A stretch of 47,222 nucleotides of DNA from Draconibacterium orientale (GCA_022736595.1 DZDC01000001.1:10318-57539); one strand, 5' to 3'; numbered from the stretch's first letter, positions 28,851 to 40,569 are shown. The notes: a model not told the origin generated them from the sequence alone. Program-made: numbers and translations.

Positions 28851-29351
28851 CTATTTTAATTTTTTTGGAAATACAACAAAATTTAGTTTGCGTTCAACCA
28901 TTGCAAACTCGGGCCAACTGCTTGAAAAATATTTGCAGCAAACCAATCCAGAAGTGGGGAGATTGTCAATTTCTGCATTCATATATTTTTGCGCAAAATA
29001 GGTTAACCCAGGGTTATGACCCACGATTAGCATGGTTTTTATTTCATCGGGTTGACTTATCACAAGATCAAAAATCTGATCCACACTGCCCGGATACAAC
29101 TGATTTTCAACGATCATGGGAGGAAGATGAAGCTTTTCTTGAAGCATTTTGCCTGTATCAAAAGCTCGAGTTGCTGGACTGCATACGATGCGATCGATGG
29201 GCATATCAATTTCTCTTAAATAGGCAATAACGCGTTCGGTACGCACGATGCCTTGTTCTGTCAATTTGCGTTTATGATCATCAAATTCTTCCATGTCCCA
29301 ATCCGATTTTCCATGCCGAAGAAGAATGAGTGTTTTGGTTTTGGTATTCAT
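28851..29351 (-). CDS. Histidine phosphatase family protein (SixA-like phosphohistidine phosphatase)
   Basis: It has the RHG motif (LILLRHGKSDW) and a second catalytic His (MLIVGHNPGL). It is 166 aa long. Its stop lies 3 nt upstream of the ppk1 start. Confidence 0.8.
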   Translation of the reverse strand: MNTKTKTLILLRHGKSDWDMEEFDDHKRKLTEQGIVRTERVIAYLREIDMPIDRIVCSPATRAFDTGKMLQEKLHLPPMIVENQLYPGSVDQIFDLVISQPDEIKTMLIVGHNPGLTYFAQKYMNAEIDNLPTSGLVCCKYFSSSWPEFAMVERKLNFVVFPKKLK

Positions 29352-29450
29352 CTTTGCCTCCGTTTCAATAAATTATTACAATATTAAATAAAAAAAAGGT
29401 TCAAGTTGCAGTTGCTTAATTATTATTGTCAATTTCTTAACAATTGAGGC

Positions 29451-29487
29451 AAAAAAAAGGAAACTTCAAGAAATTTCCTTTTTTTTT
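29451..29487 (-). terminator. Intrinsic terminator after the 29502-30428 gene, symmetric and flanked by A8 and T9
   Basis: The sequence is AAAAAAAA-GGAAACTTCAAGAAATTTCC-TTTTTTTTT. GGAAA pairs with TTTCC and the inner TTC pairs with GAA. It lies 15 nt beyond the minus-strand stop codon. Confidence 0.7.
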
Positions 29488-29501
29488 ATACCTGTTTAAG
29501 G

Positions 29502-30428
29502 TTATCTAATCTTGTAAACTAAACCTAAAGATAAGTTCTGATAAACTTGTGTTCTTGGTCCTTTGCTATCAAAAACGCCATCATCATTGGTGTCTATATC
29601 GATCATGATGTCGTCGTCGTAGATCATTTGTCCTTTGATTTGGGCATTAAGGAACTTATTGATTTTAAAGGTAAATGCGTATTGCCAATCAATGTCGATA
29701 TTTTGTGGATTCTTGAGATAATTGGAGTAAAAATCCAGAATTGTAGTAAAATTAACATTGGTAAAAATATCTTTAGAAAAACCCAATCTGACATAAGCTC
29801 CAAACTCAGTACGCAGTTGTTTTGAATGTGAGATTAAAACTCCAGCAGTGTCATATACCGCAGGCTCTAGACCAAATTTGCCTGCATCGGCTAAGATTTG
29901 GTCTCCTACATAGGTCCATTTTACAGTTCCGGGTGACATAAATAGAGATAAATAGGAGACCGGTTTATAATCAACCCCGATAGCCACTTTAAAAAAAGCA
30001 GGGGCTAAAAAAGAGGAAGTATAAATTTTTGTGGTATCGTTTGGATAGTCAAATCCATCCACATACTGGGTTTTGAAATTTCCAAGAACTGAGTAGTTCC
30101 AATGTTGGCTTAATTGATAACCATATTTAGTGTTCAATTCAAGACGGTCAGTTGATTTACGATATTCCTTATTTGCTGTTTTTGAATAGCCAAGGTCAGT
30201 GAGGATTAAATTGTCCCAGCTGTGCACTGCTTTTTTGTAATTAGCTTGATAAAAGAATGAACCGGTAACTGTGGCTTGGTTTTCACCTCCTTTTGACCAG
30301 TTTTTAAATGCTGTGGCACTGGCATTAAGGGCGATGTTGGACTCAATTTTCCAATAACTGGTATCTTTCTGGGCAAAAGTTGTTAAACCAAGGGCTAAAA
30401 ATGTTAAGGTAAAAATTAGTGATTTCAT
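29502..30428 (-). CDS. Predicted outer-membrane beta-barrel protein of unknown function (DUF3078-like)
   Basis: It has a signal peptide (MKSLIFTLTFLALGLTTFAQ). Alternating aromatic/polar beta-strand patterns run throughout, and it contains the motif NWSKGGEN. The family name is from memory and was not verified. Confidence 0.6.
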   Translation of the reverse strand: MKSLIFTLTFLALGLTTFAQKDTSYWKIESNIALNASATAFKNWSKGGENQATVTGSFFYQANYKKAVHSWDNLILTDLGYSKTANKEYRKSTDRLELNTKYGYQLSQHWNYSVLGNFKTQYVDGFDYPNDTTKIYTSSFLAPAFFKVAIGVDYKPVSYLSLFMSPGTVKWTYVGDQILADAGKFGLEPAVYDTAGVLISHSKQLRTEFGAYVRLGFSKDIFTNVNFTTILDFYSNYLKNPQNIDIDWQYAFTFKINKFLNAQIKGQMIYDDDIMIDIDTNDDGVFDSKGPRTQVYQNLSLGLVYKIR

Positions 30429-30462
30429 AGATTGTAAAATTTGGTTAGTATTTGTATTTCAA

Positions 30463-31275
30463 TTATTTACTTATATGGATTACTTGTTGAGGGAAAGGGA
30501 TATTGATATGATTGGCATCGAATGCTTTTTTAATATTTTCGATAAGCTTATAATAAATTGGCCAATAATGTTCAGTGTTTACCCAAACTCTTAGCCCCAG
30601 ATTCACTGAAGAGTCGCCGAGGGAGCTTACCACCACAAAGGCTTCGGGCTCATTCAATACTTCGGGCAACTTGTTCACTTCCTCGAGAATTACTTTTCGG
30701 GCTTCATCAATGGAGTTTGTGTAACTTATTCCAAAAGTGATATCCACTCTTCTTTTATCTTCTGAGGAATAGTTGATTAGACTGGAAGAAGAAATATTGT
30801 TGTTAGGTATGATAACTCTCTTATTATCAACAGTTAAAATATTAGTGCTAAAAATTTGAATCTCTTTAACTGTTCCCATAAATCCATTAAACTCGATAAA
30901 ATCATCCACTTTGTAAGGCTTAAATAAGAGAATGATGACCCCTCCAGCAAAGTTTTGTAATGTGCCGCTCAACGCCATACCAATGGCTAAGCCTGCTGCA
31001 CCAAGAAGTGCAATAAAACTGGTCATTTCAATCCCAATCATACTCATAACACTTATCAATAAAAGGATTTTTAATCCAATATTGATAACGCTATTTAAAA
31101 AGGGTATTAACGTGGGCTCTATGTTACGGTTGTTGAAAATTTTGATGAGGGTTTTGCTGGCTTTGGAAATGATTTTTAATCCAATTATAAGCACCAAAAC
31201 GGCTCCCAATACTTTGGGTCCATATTCTACCAACATGGTTTTAAGGATGTCGAGGTATTTATCTACTTCATTCAT
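30463..31275 (-). CDS. mscS: Small-conductance mechanosensitive channel (MscS family)
   Basis: It has three N-terminal TM helices, then GTVKEIQIFSTNILTVDNKRVIIPNNNISSSSLINYS, the MscS beta-domain motif. It is 270 aa long. Confidence 0.88.
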   Translation of the reverse strand: MNEVDKYLDILKTMLVEYGPKVLGAVLVLIIGLKIISKASKTLIKIFNNRNIEPTLIPFLNSVINIGLKILLLISVMSMIGIEMTSFIALLGAAGLAIGMALSGTLQNFAGGVIILLFKPYKVDDFIEFNGFMGTVKEIQIFSTNILTVDNKRVIIPNNNISSSSLINYSSEDKRRVDITFGISYTNSIDEARKVILEEVNKLPEVLNEPEAFVVVSSLGDSSVNLGLRVWVNTEHYWPIYYKLIENIKKAFDANHINIPFPQQVIHISK

Positions 31276-31311
31276 TTTTGGTCTTTTTTAACATCTGCCC
31301 TATACAGCGGG

Positions 31312-31319
31312 CAAAAATA
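31312..31319 (-). promoter_or_regulatory. Candidate Bacteroidota -7 promoter box TATTTTTG (TAnnTTTG) for mscS
   Basis: The plus strand reads CAAAAATA, which is TATTTTTG on the minus strand. It lies ~37 nt upstream of the mscS ATG. Confidence 0.4.
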
Positions 31320-31576
31320 AAATAAAAATGTATTAAGCAACACATTCCTTTTGTTTTATAACATGGCCACTACAGATTTTTTTTCTGCTGGTTTTGAAAA
31401 TTAATTTAAGAGGCAATTTATCCTTTATTTTTTTCGTTTAATTGCTGAGTTTTGATCTGTATTGCTTTAAAAATGGTAATAGTTTTTAAATTTTCAATGT
31501 TGAAAAGTTTATTTAAGTACGGCCATGCTAAATTTCAATCCATGTATTTTTAATTTACAATTAATTAGGTGACAAT

Positions 31577-34500
31577 ATGATATTTTCAAAACTAAAGTAC
31601 TTCATTATAAGTGTGTTAGTGTTTTCGAGCTGCTTAAGTCTCGATGCGCAGCAAACCTCAGTATATGATGCTCCAACCTCTTTTTATCAGCAAGGCTTGC
31701 AGCTTTACCAACAAGGACAATATGGTGCAGCCTTTGAAGCTTTTAATAAAACGCTTCAAACTTGTCCGAAGGAGGATGTAAAATGGAGAACGGATGCTGA
31801 ATACTATCAAGCCATTTGTGCAGTGCAACTTTTCAACGATGATGCTGAACTTATGCTCGAAAACTTTATTATTAATCATCCTGAAAACGTTCATATAAAG
31901 CAAATTTATTTTCAGCAAGGTGTTTTTCAATATCGAAAAAAGAACTTCAAGCAAGCACTCAAAGCCTTTGAAAAAGTGGACTTTTTAGATTTATCTTCAG
32001 AGGAGCGTGTTGAGTATAATTTTAAAAAGGGCTATAGCTCTTTTCAAACCGACGACCGTGAGGGCGCAAAAAAATGTTTTTACGATATTCTGGAAGTGGA
32101 TGGAAAATATAAAGCTCCATCTGTGTATTATTATTCGCACATTGCCTACCTCGAAGGGAACTATCAAACCGCTTTGAAGGGTTTTTTGCAACTTAAAGAT
32201 AACGAAACCTTTGGCCCTGTAACTCCTTACTACATCACGCATATTTACTATCTTCAGCAAAACTACGATCAACTTTTGTCCATTGCACCTGAGCTTTTAG
32301 AAAAATCTACACCTCAAAGGCAACCCGAAATTGCTCGACTGATTGGTGAGTCTTATTTCCGTACCGGAAAATACGAGCAAGCATTACCCTACCTCAAACG
32401 CTATTACGAAACCTCTAATGCAACTATAAGCACCATCAACCGATATCAACTGGGCTATACCTACTACAAAATGAAAGATTTTAAATCTGCAATTCCGCAT
32501 TTTGAAGCTGCAACAGCCTTGGAAGCTGATAGCCTTGCACAATCAGCCTATTACTATTTAGCAAGTTGCTATGTGGAATCCAATGAGAAAACATTTGCCC
32601 TTAACGCCTTCAAAAAAACCTACCAACTGCAATTCGATAAAACCATCTCTGCCGATGCATTGTATCAATTTGCAAAACTGAGCTACGAACTCGATTTTAA
32701 TCCTTACAATCAGGCTGTTGAAGCATTCCAAAAATATGTGGTAGAATATCCTAATTCGCCCCATCGTGCCGAAGCAATGACTTATCTTACAAAAATGTAT
32801 CTGAGCACCAATAACTATGCTCAGGCACTCGAAAGCATCGAAAAGATATCCGATAAATCAGTGGAAATGAACATCGCTTATCAACGAATTTTGTATGCTA
32901 GAGGGGTTCAGTTTTTTCAACAAAATGAATTGGCTGCCGCAGTTGAATATTTTGATAAAGCAATTAAAGTTAATGCTAACCGTCAGTTTACTGCTAAATC
33001 AATGTTTTGGAGAGCAGAATCCTATTATCGACTTGGTATTTACAACGCGAGTATCGAGGCATACCAAAAATTTCTAACTGCCAGTGGAGCCTTCGAATTG
33101 GATAATTATAACGAAGCATATTACAATCTTGGATACGCCTATTACAAATTAAAGGACTATCCTCTGGCCAATAAGAATTTTAGAATTTTTGCTCTCAATG
33201 AAAAGCAAACCCATTCACCCATGTATAACGATGTACAGAATCGGATTGGTGATTCTTATTTTATACAAAGTGAAATGGCCTTGGCCGTCGATCATTACAA
33301 TATAGCCATCGAAATAGGGCTACGGGATGTGGATTATAGTTTGTTTAAAAAGGCAGAAGCCTTAGGTCCATTGGTGAAACCCCAAGAAAGAGCCAGTACG
33401 CTTGATTTGCTACTTCAAAATTACCCAAATACCGCTTATGCCGGAAATGCTCGATACATGTTGGCTCAAACCTATTTTAGACAATTGCAACAACCCGATA
33501 AAGCTACTAATGAGTATCTTAACATTATCAATACCTTCCCTGCTCAAACCAGCGTTGTAAAAAAATCGAAACTCGACTTGGGTTATCTCTATAATAATGT
33601 GGGAAAAACCTCCGAGGCTACTTCTATTCTTAAATCGGTTTATATCGATTATAAAGGTTCCACCGAATCCAATGACGCCATAAAAACCTTGCAAGGAATC
33701 TATACCGAACAAGGAAATGTGGATGAATTTTTTCAATGGGTTGAGAAGCAGGGTGTACAGATTGCAGCCAGTACACAAGATTCTATTAATTTTCAAACTG
33801 CTGAAAATCAGTATATGAATGAAAATTGTACCCAAGCTGTGGAAAGTTTTGGAAGATATATCGAACGGTTTCCTGCGGGTTATTTTATCAATGATGCACA
33901 TTTTTATCGAGCCGAATGTTTGCGCCAACATCACCAATATTCAAAAGCTTTGATCGATTACAATTATTTGGTAAGTCGTCCGGTGAATCAATATACGCTT
34001 CTATCTTTGAATTATATCGCCAATATAAATTACACTGATTTGAAAGATTACCAATCCGCCCGAAGTGCATTTGCTCGCCTTTCGACGGTGGCTGAATCCA
34101 ATGAGAACCAGCAAAAGGCCTTAATTGGAATTATGCGATGTGATTTTTATCTTCAAAACCAAGACAGTCTTTCCTCATCGGCTTTAAGAGTATTTTTGAT
34201 CGAAAACTTGAATTTGCGTGTTAAAAGAGAAGCGGCCTTACATATTTTAAGAATCAATTTTGCGGCTAAAAATCAAGATAAAGCCATGGTGGCAATTCAA
34301 CAACTGCTTACTGAAGTTGGAACTGAAGAGGCGGCTGAGGCCATGTATTGCAAAGCGTATTTTCAATATCTGAATACCCAGTACGATAGTGCTCAAACTA
34401 CTGCTTTTAAAGTAATACAACAGGAACCAAGTTATGAATATTGGGTGGTAAAATCATTTTTGCTTTCGGCAGATATTTTTATTCAGCAAAAAAATTATCA

Positions 34501-34705
34501 TCAAGCCAAAGCCACTTTATCCAGTATTGTGGATAATTATGAGGGCGATAAGGCGCTTATGGAAGAAGCAAAATCAAAGCTTGAACTGGTAAAAACACTT
34601 ATGGCAGAAGGTTTGAAAAAGGAAGAACCCAGTATGGAAAATCTAAATTTTGGACAAGAGTCAGATTTATTTACCCCAAATAGCGAAGGACAAAGCGTTC
34701 CTTAA
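31577..34705 (+). CDS. Large TPR-repeat (lipo)protein, 1,042 aa; possibly PorW/SprE-like or YbgF-like envelope scaffold
   Basis: The signal peptide has a candidate lipobox (ISVLVFSSC). After it the protein is almost entirely TPR-like A-x-Y-x-x-A/Y repeats, for example AEYYQAICAVQLF, AYYNLGYAYYKLKDY and ARYMLAQTYFRQ. No enzymatic motif is seen. Confidence 0.7.
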   Translation: MIFSKLKYFIISVLVFSSCLSLDAQQTSVYDAPTSFYQQGLQLYQQGQYGAAFEAFNKTLQTCPKEDVKWRTDAEYYQAICAVQLFNDDAELMLENFIINHPENVHIKQIYFQQGVFQYRKKNFKQALKAFEKVDFLDLSSEERVEYNFKKGYSSFQTDDREGAKKCFYDILEVDGKYKAPSVYYYSHIAYLEGNYQTALKGFLQLKDNETFGPVTPYYITHIYYLQQNYDQLLSIAPELLEKSTPQRQPEIARLIGESYFRTGKYEQALPYLKRYYETSNATISTINRYQLGYTYYKMKDFKSAIPHFEAATALEADSLAQSAYYYLASCYVESNEKTFALNAFKKTYQLQFDKTISADALYQFAKLSYELDFNPYNQAVEAFQKYVVEYPNSPHRAEAMTYLTKMYLSTNNYAQALESIEKISDKSVEMNIAYQRILYARGVQFFQQNELAAAVEYFDKAIKVNANRQFTAKSMFWRAESYYRLGIYNASIEAYQKFLTASGAFELDNYNEAYYNLGYAYYKLKDYPLANKNFRIFALNEKQTHSPMYNDVQNRIGDSYFIQSEMALAVDHYNIAIEIGLRDVDYSLFKKAEALGPLVKPQERASTLDLLLQNYPNTAYAGNARYMLAQTYFRQLQQPDKATNEYLNIINTFPAQTSVVKKSKLDLGYLYNNVGKTSEATSILKSVYIDYKGSTESNDAIKTLQGIYTEQGNVDEFFQWVEKQGVQIAASTQDSINFQTAENQYMNENCTQAVESFGRYIERFPAGYFINDAHFYRAECLRQHHQYSKALIDYNYLVSRPVNQYTLLSLNYIANINYTDLKDYQSARSAFARLSTVAESNENQQKALIGIMRCDFYLQNQDSLSSSALRVFLIENLNLRVKREAALHILRINFAAKNQDKAMVAIQQLLTEVGTEEAAEAMYCKAYFQYLNTQYDSAQTTAFKVIQQEPSYEYWVVKSFLLSADIFIQQKNYHQAKATLSSIVDNYEGDKALMEEAKSKLELVKTLMAEGLKKEEPSMENLNFGQESDLFTPNSEGQSVP

Positions 34706-34747
34706 TCATTAAATTAAAAATATCATAGGATCAAATCATCGATAAAA

Positions 34748-36427
34748 ATGAAAAAACCTAAAAAATACAACCCACTCCTTGTAGCATTTCTGGCCTTATG
34801 TGTCTTTGGAATTCAAAGTGCCAAGGCCCAACCTGGAAGCAATACCGTGGTTATTCAAGGAAAATTTACCCCAACTTTGGATGAAGCTCAGAAAATTAAC
34901 AATCTACCTTCCATTGTTGATACCGTTTACCCGACGCCTAAGTTCAATTACCAAATCATGGAACAAAAGCTGAATACTCCCTTTAGCATCGTTCCCCTGA
35001 AACCAGCAAATTTGCTTGGGGAACCCTTAGATCGACTTAATGCTCATTACTTGGTATTGGCAATGGGTAATTACCTAAGCCCCTTTGTTGAATATTCTTT
35101 CAACAGCACCCGTGACCGCAACAAAAGATATGGTGTTAGATTAATGCATCATAGTGCTGCAGGTTCCATTACTGACTATGCTTTTCCTGCATTTTCGAAG
35201 AACCAAGTTGAAGTATATGGCACCAAGTTTCTCAAGAAATCAAGCCTTTCTGCCAATGTTTTTTACCATCGCGATGTGGTTCATTTTTATGGTTTCCAGC
35301 CTGTGGACTATCCCGATAGTTTGTTGCCTGCTGATGTGGACATTGTGCAACGATACAATCTTGTGAATGCTTCACTGCATTGGAATTCGTTAAAAAGCAA
35401 AAAGGTGAATTGGAATACCAGTCTTAATTATTATTATTGGCAAGATTTTTATTCGAAAAATGAAAATTCTATAGCAGCAGCAGCCACCGTTGACTTTCCT
35501 ACGGATCTTATTAAATCCTTTGGCGCACAGTCTATTGGCTTTGATATATCAGAAAACTTCTTGAATACCTCTTCCAACGATAGCTTGAGCATTACTCAAA
35601 ATCTTTTGAGCATCAGACCCTTTTATAAGTTTAATTTTGGTGCTCTTGATGCTCGTATTGGATTTAATACTACAGTTGTCACTGACTCCACTTCTAATCT
35701 TAAGTTTTATCCTGATATCGAACTTCAACTCAATGCGATTAAAGATATTTTGAGATTCACGCTTTCGGTTAAAGGATACGATCAATTGAATTCGATGCGA
35801 CAATTGACCACGGAAAATCCTTTCCTTGGCGCTGTTACACCCCTTGAAATTACCTCACATAAAATAGTAGTTGACTTTGGCGTACTTAGCTCCATTTCTA
35901 AAAACTTCAACCTAAATATTTGGGCCAACTTTAGTAAAATGGATCAAATGCCATTGTATGTAACCGATACCAATAGTACTTATGATAATCAATTTACCAT
36001 AGTTTACGATGAAGTGGAGCAAATACGGTTTCAGGTTGATATGGGATATCAGATGCACCAACGTTTGGGCGTTTTCTTAAACTCGAACTACTACATTTAT
36101 ACCACCACTCAACAACTTTATGCTTGGCACTTACCTACCTACGATCTAAATCTTGGAATCAATTACAACATTCAAAATAAGATTTACTTTAAGTTAGGCC
36201 TTGTAAATCATGGAAAAATGATGGTTCCTACTTATGTAAATGGAGTAATGGAACCTATTGAAATCAAACCTTGGTTCGATGTTAATTTTGGAGCTGAGTA
36301 CCGATATGGTAAGCATTTGGGCTTGTTTTTAAATCTTAATAACATTGCCGCTCAACGCTATTACCGATATTATAATTATCCCTCTTTCCGCTTTAATTTT
36401 AAAGCAGGGTTAACCTATTCATTTTAG
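34748..36427 (+). CDS. Predicted outer-membrane beta-barrel protein (559 aa), function unknown
   Basis: It has a signal peptide (LVAFLALCVFGIQSAKAQ), alternating-pattern strands, and a C-terminal OMP signature ending in an aromatic residue (FKAGLTYSF). It starts 42 nt after the TPR gene. Confidence 0.65.
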   Translation: MKKPKKYNPLLVAFLALCVFGIQSAKAQPGSNTVVIQGKFTPTLDEAQKINNLPSIVDTVYPTPKFNYQIMEQKLNTPFSIVPLKPANLLGEPLDRLNAHYLVLAMGNYLSPFVEYSFNSTRDRNKRYGVRLMHHSAAGSITDYAFPAFSKNQVEVYGTKFLKKSSLSANVFYHRDVVHFYGFQPVDYPDSLLPADVDIVQRYNLVNASLHWNSLKSKKVNWNTSLNYYYWQDFYSKNENSIAAAATVDFPTDLIKSFGAQSIGFDISENFLNTSSNDSLSITQNLLSIRPFYKFNFGALDARIGFNTTVVTDSTSNLKFYPDIELQLNAIKDILRFTLSVKGYDQLNSMRQLTTENPFLGAVTPLEITSHKIVVDFGVLSSISKNFNLNIWANFSKMDQMPLYVTDTNSTYDNQFTIVYDEVEQIRFQVDMGYQMHQRLGVFLNSNYYIYTTTQQLYAWHLPTYDLNLGINYNIQNKIYFKLGLVNHGKMMVPTYVNGVMEPIEIKPWFDVNFGAEYRYGKHLGLFLNLNNIAAQRYYRYYNYPSFRFNFKAGLTYSF

Positions 36428-36485
36428 GTAGGGTAGCGCATAAGAGTCTATTTTTTATTACGATTTCAACTAAAATTTGTTGAAA

Positions 36486-36510
36486 ACTCATTGCCGTTGC
36501 AGTAATGAGT
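36486..36510 (+). terminator. Weak candidate hairpin terminator after the TPR/beta-barrel pair
   Basis: ACTCATT (36486-36492) pairs with AATGAGT (36504-36510) around an 11-nt loop. The downstream sequence is only moderately T-rich. Confidence 0.3.
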
Positions 36511-36537
36511 GATATCCTTTTATTCAATAAATTTTCT

Positions 36538-36545
36538 TACTTTTG
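36538..36545 (+). promoter_or_regulatory. Candidate Bacteroidota -7 promoter box TACTTTTG (TAnnTTTG) for gyrB
   Basis: It is an exact TAnnTTTG match, 33 nt upstream of the gyrB ATG at 36578. Confidence 0.45.
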
Positions 36546-36571
36546 TTTACTTTTTTATTAAAGTTAATTAA

Positions 36572-38542
<1,971 letters not shown>

Positions 38543-38550
38543 ATGACTAG

Positions 38551-38586
38551 AGTTCTAAATCTCGAATGCTTTCGAGATTTAGAACT
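38551..38586. terminator. Perfect 16-bp hairpin between convergent gyrB and fadD; putative bidirectional terminator
   Basis: AGTTCTAAATCTCGAA (38551-38566) pairs with TTCGAGATTTAGAACT (38571-38586) around the loop TGCT. U-tracts are weak on both strands. Confidence 0.6.
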
Positions 38587-38619
38587 CCAGTTCATTTTTC
38601 TACGATGTCAATTTTTAAT

Positions 38620-40455
38620 TTACGCCAAATGCTTTGGGTCAAATTTAGCATTGCTTGGAATTCCTACGTAGCCATCATCGTTGGTGTAACCATACATTCT
38701 GTCGAATTTAATACGATACTTCTCTTTTAAGAATTTCCTTTTTAATTTTAAGGTAGGAGATAGTTCGCCAGTTTCAGTTATCCATTCCTGACACGTGAGC
38801 TCAAATTTTTTCACTTGACGAGATTGACCTAAGTTTAGATTGATTCTGTTTACTTCTTCAGTAAAACGGTCAATTACTTTCTGATTTTGTATCAAGTCCT
38901 TGTTATCGCGATATATAATACCATATTTGGCTGCCCAATCGTGCAAAAATTCAAAAGCAGGGCAAATGATGGCTGCTGCATATTTTTCGTTTTCGCCCAC
39001 CACCATGAGCTGGTCGATGAAGACAGATTCTTTGAAAATATTCTCAATCAATTGAGGGGCAATGTATTTCCCAGTGCTAAGTTTAAATATTTCCTTCTTC
39101 CGGTCAGTGATTTTTAGGATATTGTGATCTTGGATTTCTCCAATATCTCCAGTATGAAACCAACCTTCAGTGTCAATGGCTTCGGTAGTTTTTTCGGGAT
39201 CTTTAAAGTAACCCAACATTTGACTGGGACCCCTCATAAGTATTTCACCGTCTTCAGCTATTTTTACTTCTACATTTTTCAAGATAGGGCCAACGGTTCC
39301 AAACTTCATATTGGGATAAAATTCTTGATTTACAGCTATTACAGGGGAGGTTTCGGTTAATCCATAGCCTTCGACCAATAGAATGCCTGCTGCATTAAAA
39401 ACCCTTGCCAAACGGGGTTGTAAGGCTGCCCCTCCTGAAATAATCACTTTTATTCGGCCTCCTAAAGCTGCCTGCCATTTACTAAAGATCAACTTGCGGG
39501 CGATATTTAGTTGAAACTCATACCACCAGCCATTGGCTTTGTTCAATTCGTATCTATTGGCTAAATCCAAAGCCCAGAAAAAGAGAATCTTTTTGATGCC
39601 AGTAAGGTTTTTTCCCTTAGCCACAATCTTATCATAAAGCTTTTCTAAAACACGGGGCACGCTTGCGAAACCATTAGGATGTAATTCAAGCAAGTTTTCG
39701 CCCAGAGTATCGATACTCTCTGCATAATAAATGGAGCAACCTTTAAACTGGTAAAGATAATTGACCATTCGTTCAAAAACATGACATAGGGGCAAAAAGC
39801 TTAGTAAATTGTCGTGGTGATCCACTGGTAAAATATGGGTTGTGCCTTCCACATTAGCTATTAAGTTACGATGCGACAGCATGGCTCCTTTACTCATTCC
39901 CGTGGTTCCTGAGGTGTAAATAATGGTGAGTAAATCATCTGGTAAAACCGAATCTTTGATGTTTTTTAATTCGACTTTATATTTTTCAGCATTTTTTTGT
40001 CCTAACTCCATAATTTCGTTCCAATTAGGAACGCCTTCCACTGGATCAAAAGTATAAATTGCTTTGACATTTTTGGCAAGAGCTGCGGGCTTTTTAACCT
40101 TATCATAAAATATTTGAGAACTTACAATCACAATCACAGCTTCGGAGTGTTCTACTATATAGGTGTACTCCAAGGGGCCTAAGTTGGGATACAAGGGAAC
40201 ATGTACAGCCCCCATCTGGGACATTCCCATATCCAATAAGTTCCATTCGGTTCGGTTATTGGAAACTGTTAGAATTTTATCCCCTTTTTTTAGGCCAAGA
40301 CTTAGCAAACCGTAGCTCACTAAATCAACCTTTTCTTTATATTCTTTGGTACTAATGGTATCCCATTTGCCATTTCTTTTGGTTGCCAAGGCAACATCTT
40401 TTGGATATTTTTCCAATAATTGATCGACAATGTCGAATGTTCTCGTAACTTTCAT
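38620..40455 (-). CDS. fadD: Long-chain fatty acid-CoA ligase (AMP-forming)
   Basis: AMP-binding motifs are present: IIYTSGTTGMSKGAMLSHRN, EGYGLTETSP, HTGDIG and ITDRKKEIFKLSTGKYIAP. It is 611 aa long. Confidence 0.88.
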   Translation of the reverse strand: MKVTRTFDIVDQLLEKYPKDVALATKRNGKWDTISTKEYKEKVDLVSYGLLSLGLKKGDKILTVSNNRTEWNLLDMGMSQMGAVHVPLYPNLGPLEYTYIVEHSEAVIVIVSSQIFYDKVKKPAALAKNVKAIYTFDPVEGVPNWNEIMELGQKNAEKYKVELKNIKDSVLPDDLLTIIYTSGTTGMSKGAMLSHRNLIANVEGTTHILPVDHHDNLLSFLPLCHVFERMVNYLYQFKGCSIYYAESIDTLGENLLELHPNGFASVPRVLEKLYDKIVAKGKNLTGIKKILFFWALDLANRYELNKANGWWYEFQLNIARKLIFSKWQAALGGRIKVIISGGAALQPRLARVFNAAGILLVEGYGLTETSPVIAVNQEFYPNMKFGTVGPILKNVEVKIAEDGEILMRGPSQMLGYFKDPEKTTEAIDTEGWFHTGDIGEIQDHNILKITDRKKEIFKLSTGKYIAPQLIENIFKESVFIDQLMVVGENEKYAAAIICPAFEFLHDWAAKYGIIYRDNKDLIQNQKVIDRFTEEVNRINLNLGQSRQVKKFELTCQEWITETGELSPTLKLKRKFLKEKYRIKFDRMYGYTNDDGYVGIPSNAKFDPKHLA

Positions 40456-40569
40456 CTGTTATTATTTAATTTTTTAACAATAAGGTCAGATGGAATGGGC
40501 TGAAAATTAAATCATTACTTCCTGCCTGTCGGCAGTCAGGCGTTTGATTATTTAATCATACTCATTTCA

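Noticed and set aside
31291-31320. A small hairpin (TGCCC-N8-GGGCA) followed by an A-run upstream of mscS
   Set aside because: The stem is 5 bp and lies in a divergent promoter region. It overlaps the better-supported TAnnTTTG -7 box, and there is no upstream gene for it to terminate.
33410-33937. A 175-aa minus-strand ORF inside the TPR gene
   Set aside because: It is antisense to a continuous 1,042-aa TPR ORF and has no recognisable motifs, signal or promoter. This is typical of a shadow ORF.
40521-40540. A GC-rich mini-hairpin (CTGCC-TGTC-GGCAG) in the 114-bp spacer between the hotdog gene and fadD
   Set aside because: The stem is only 5 bp and there is no U-tract on the transcribed (minus) strand. 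This is insufficient to call a terminator or riboregulator, though it might be a weak processing or attenuation site.
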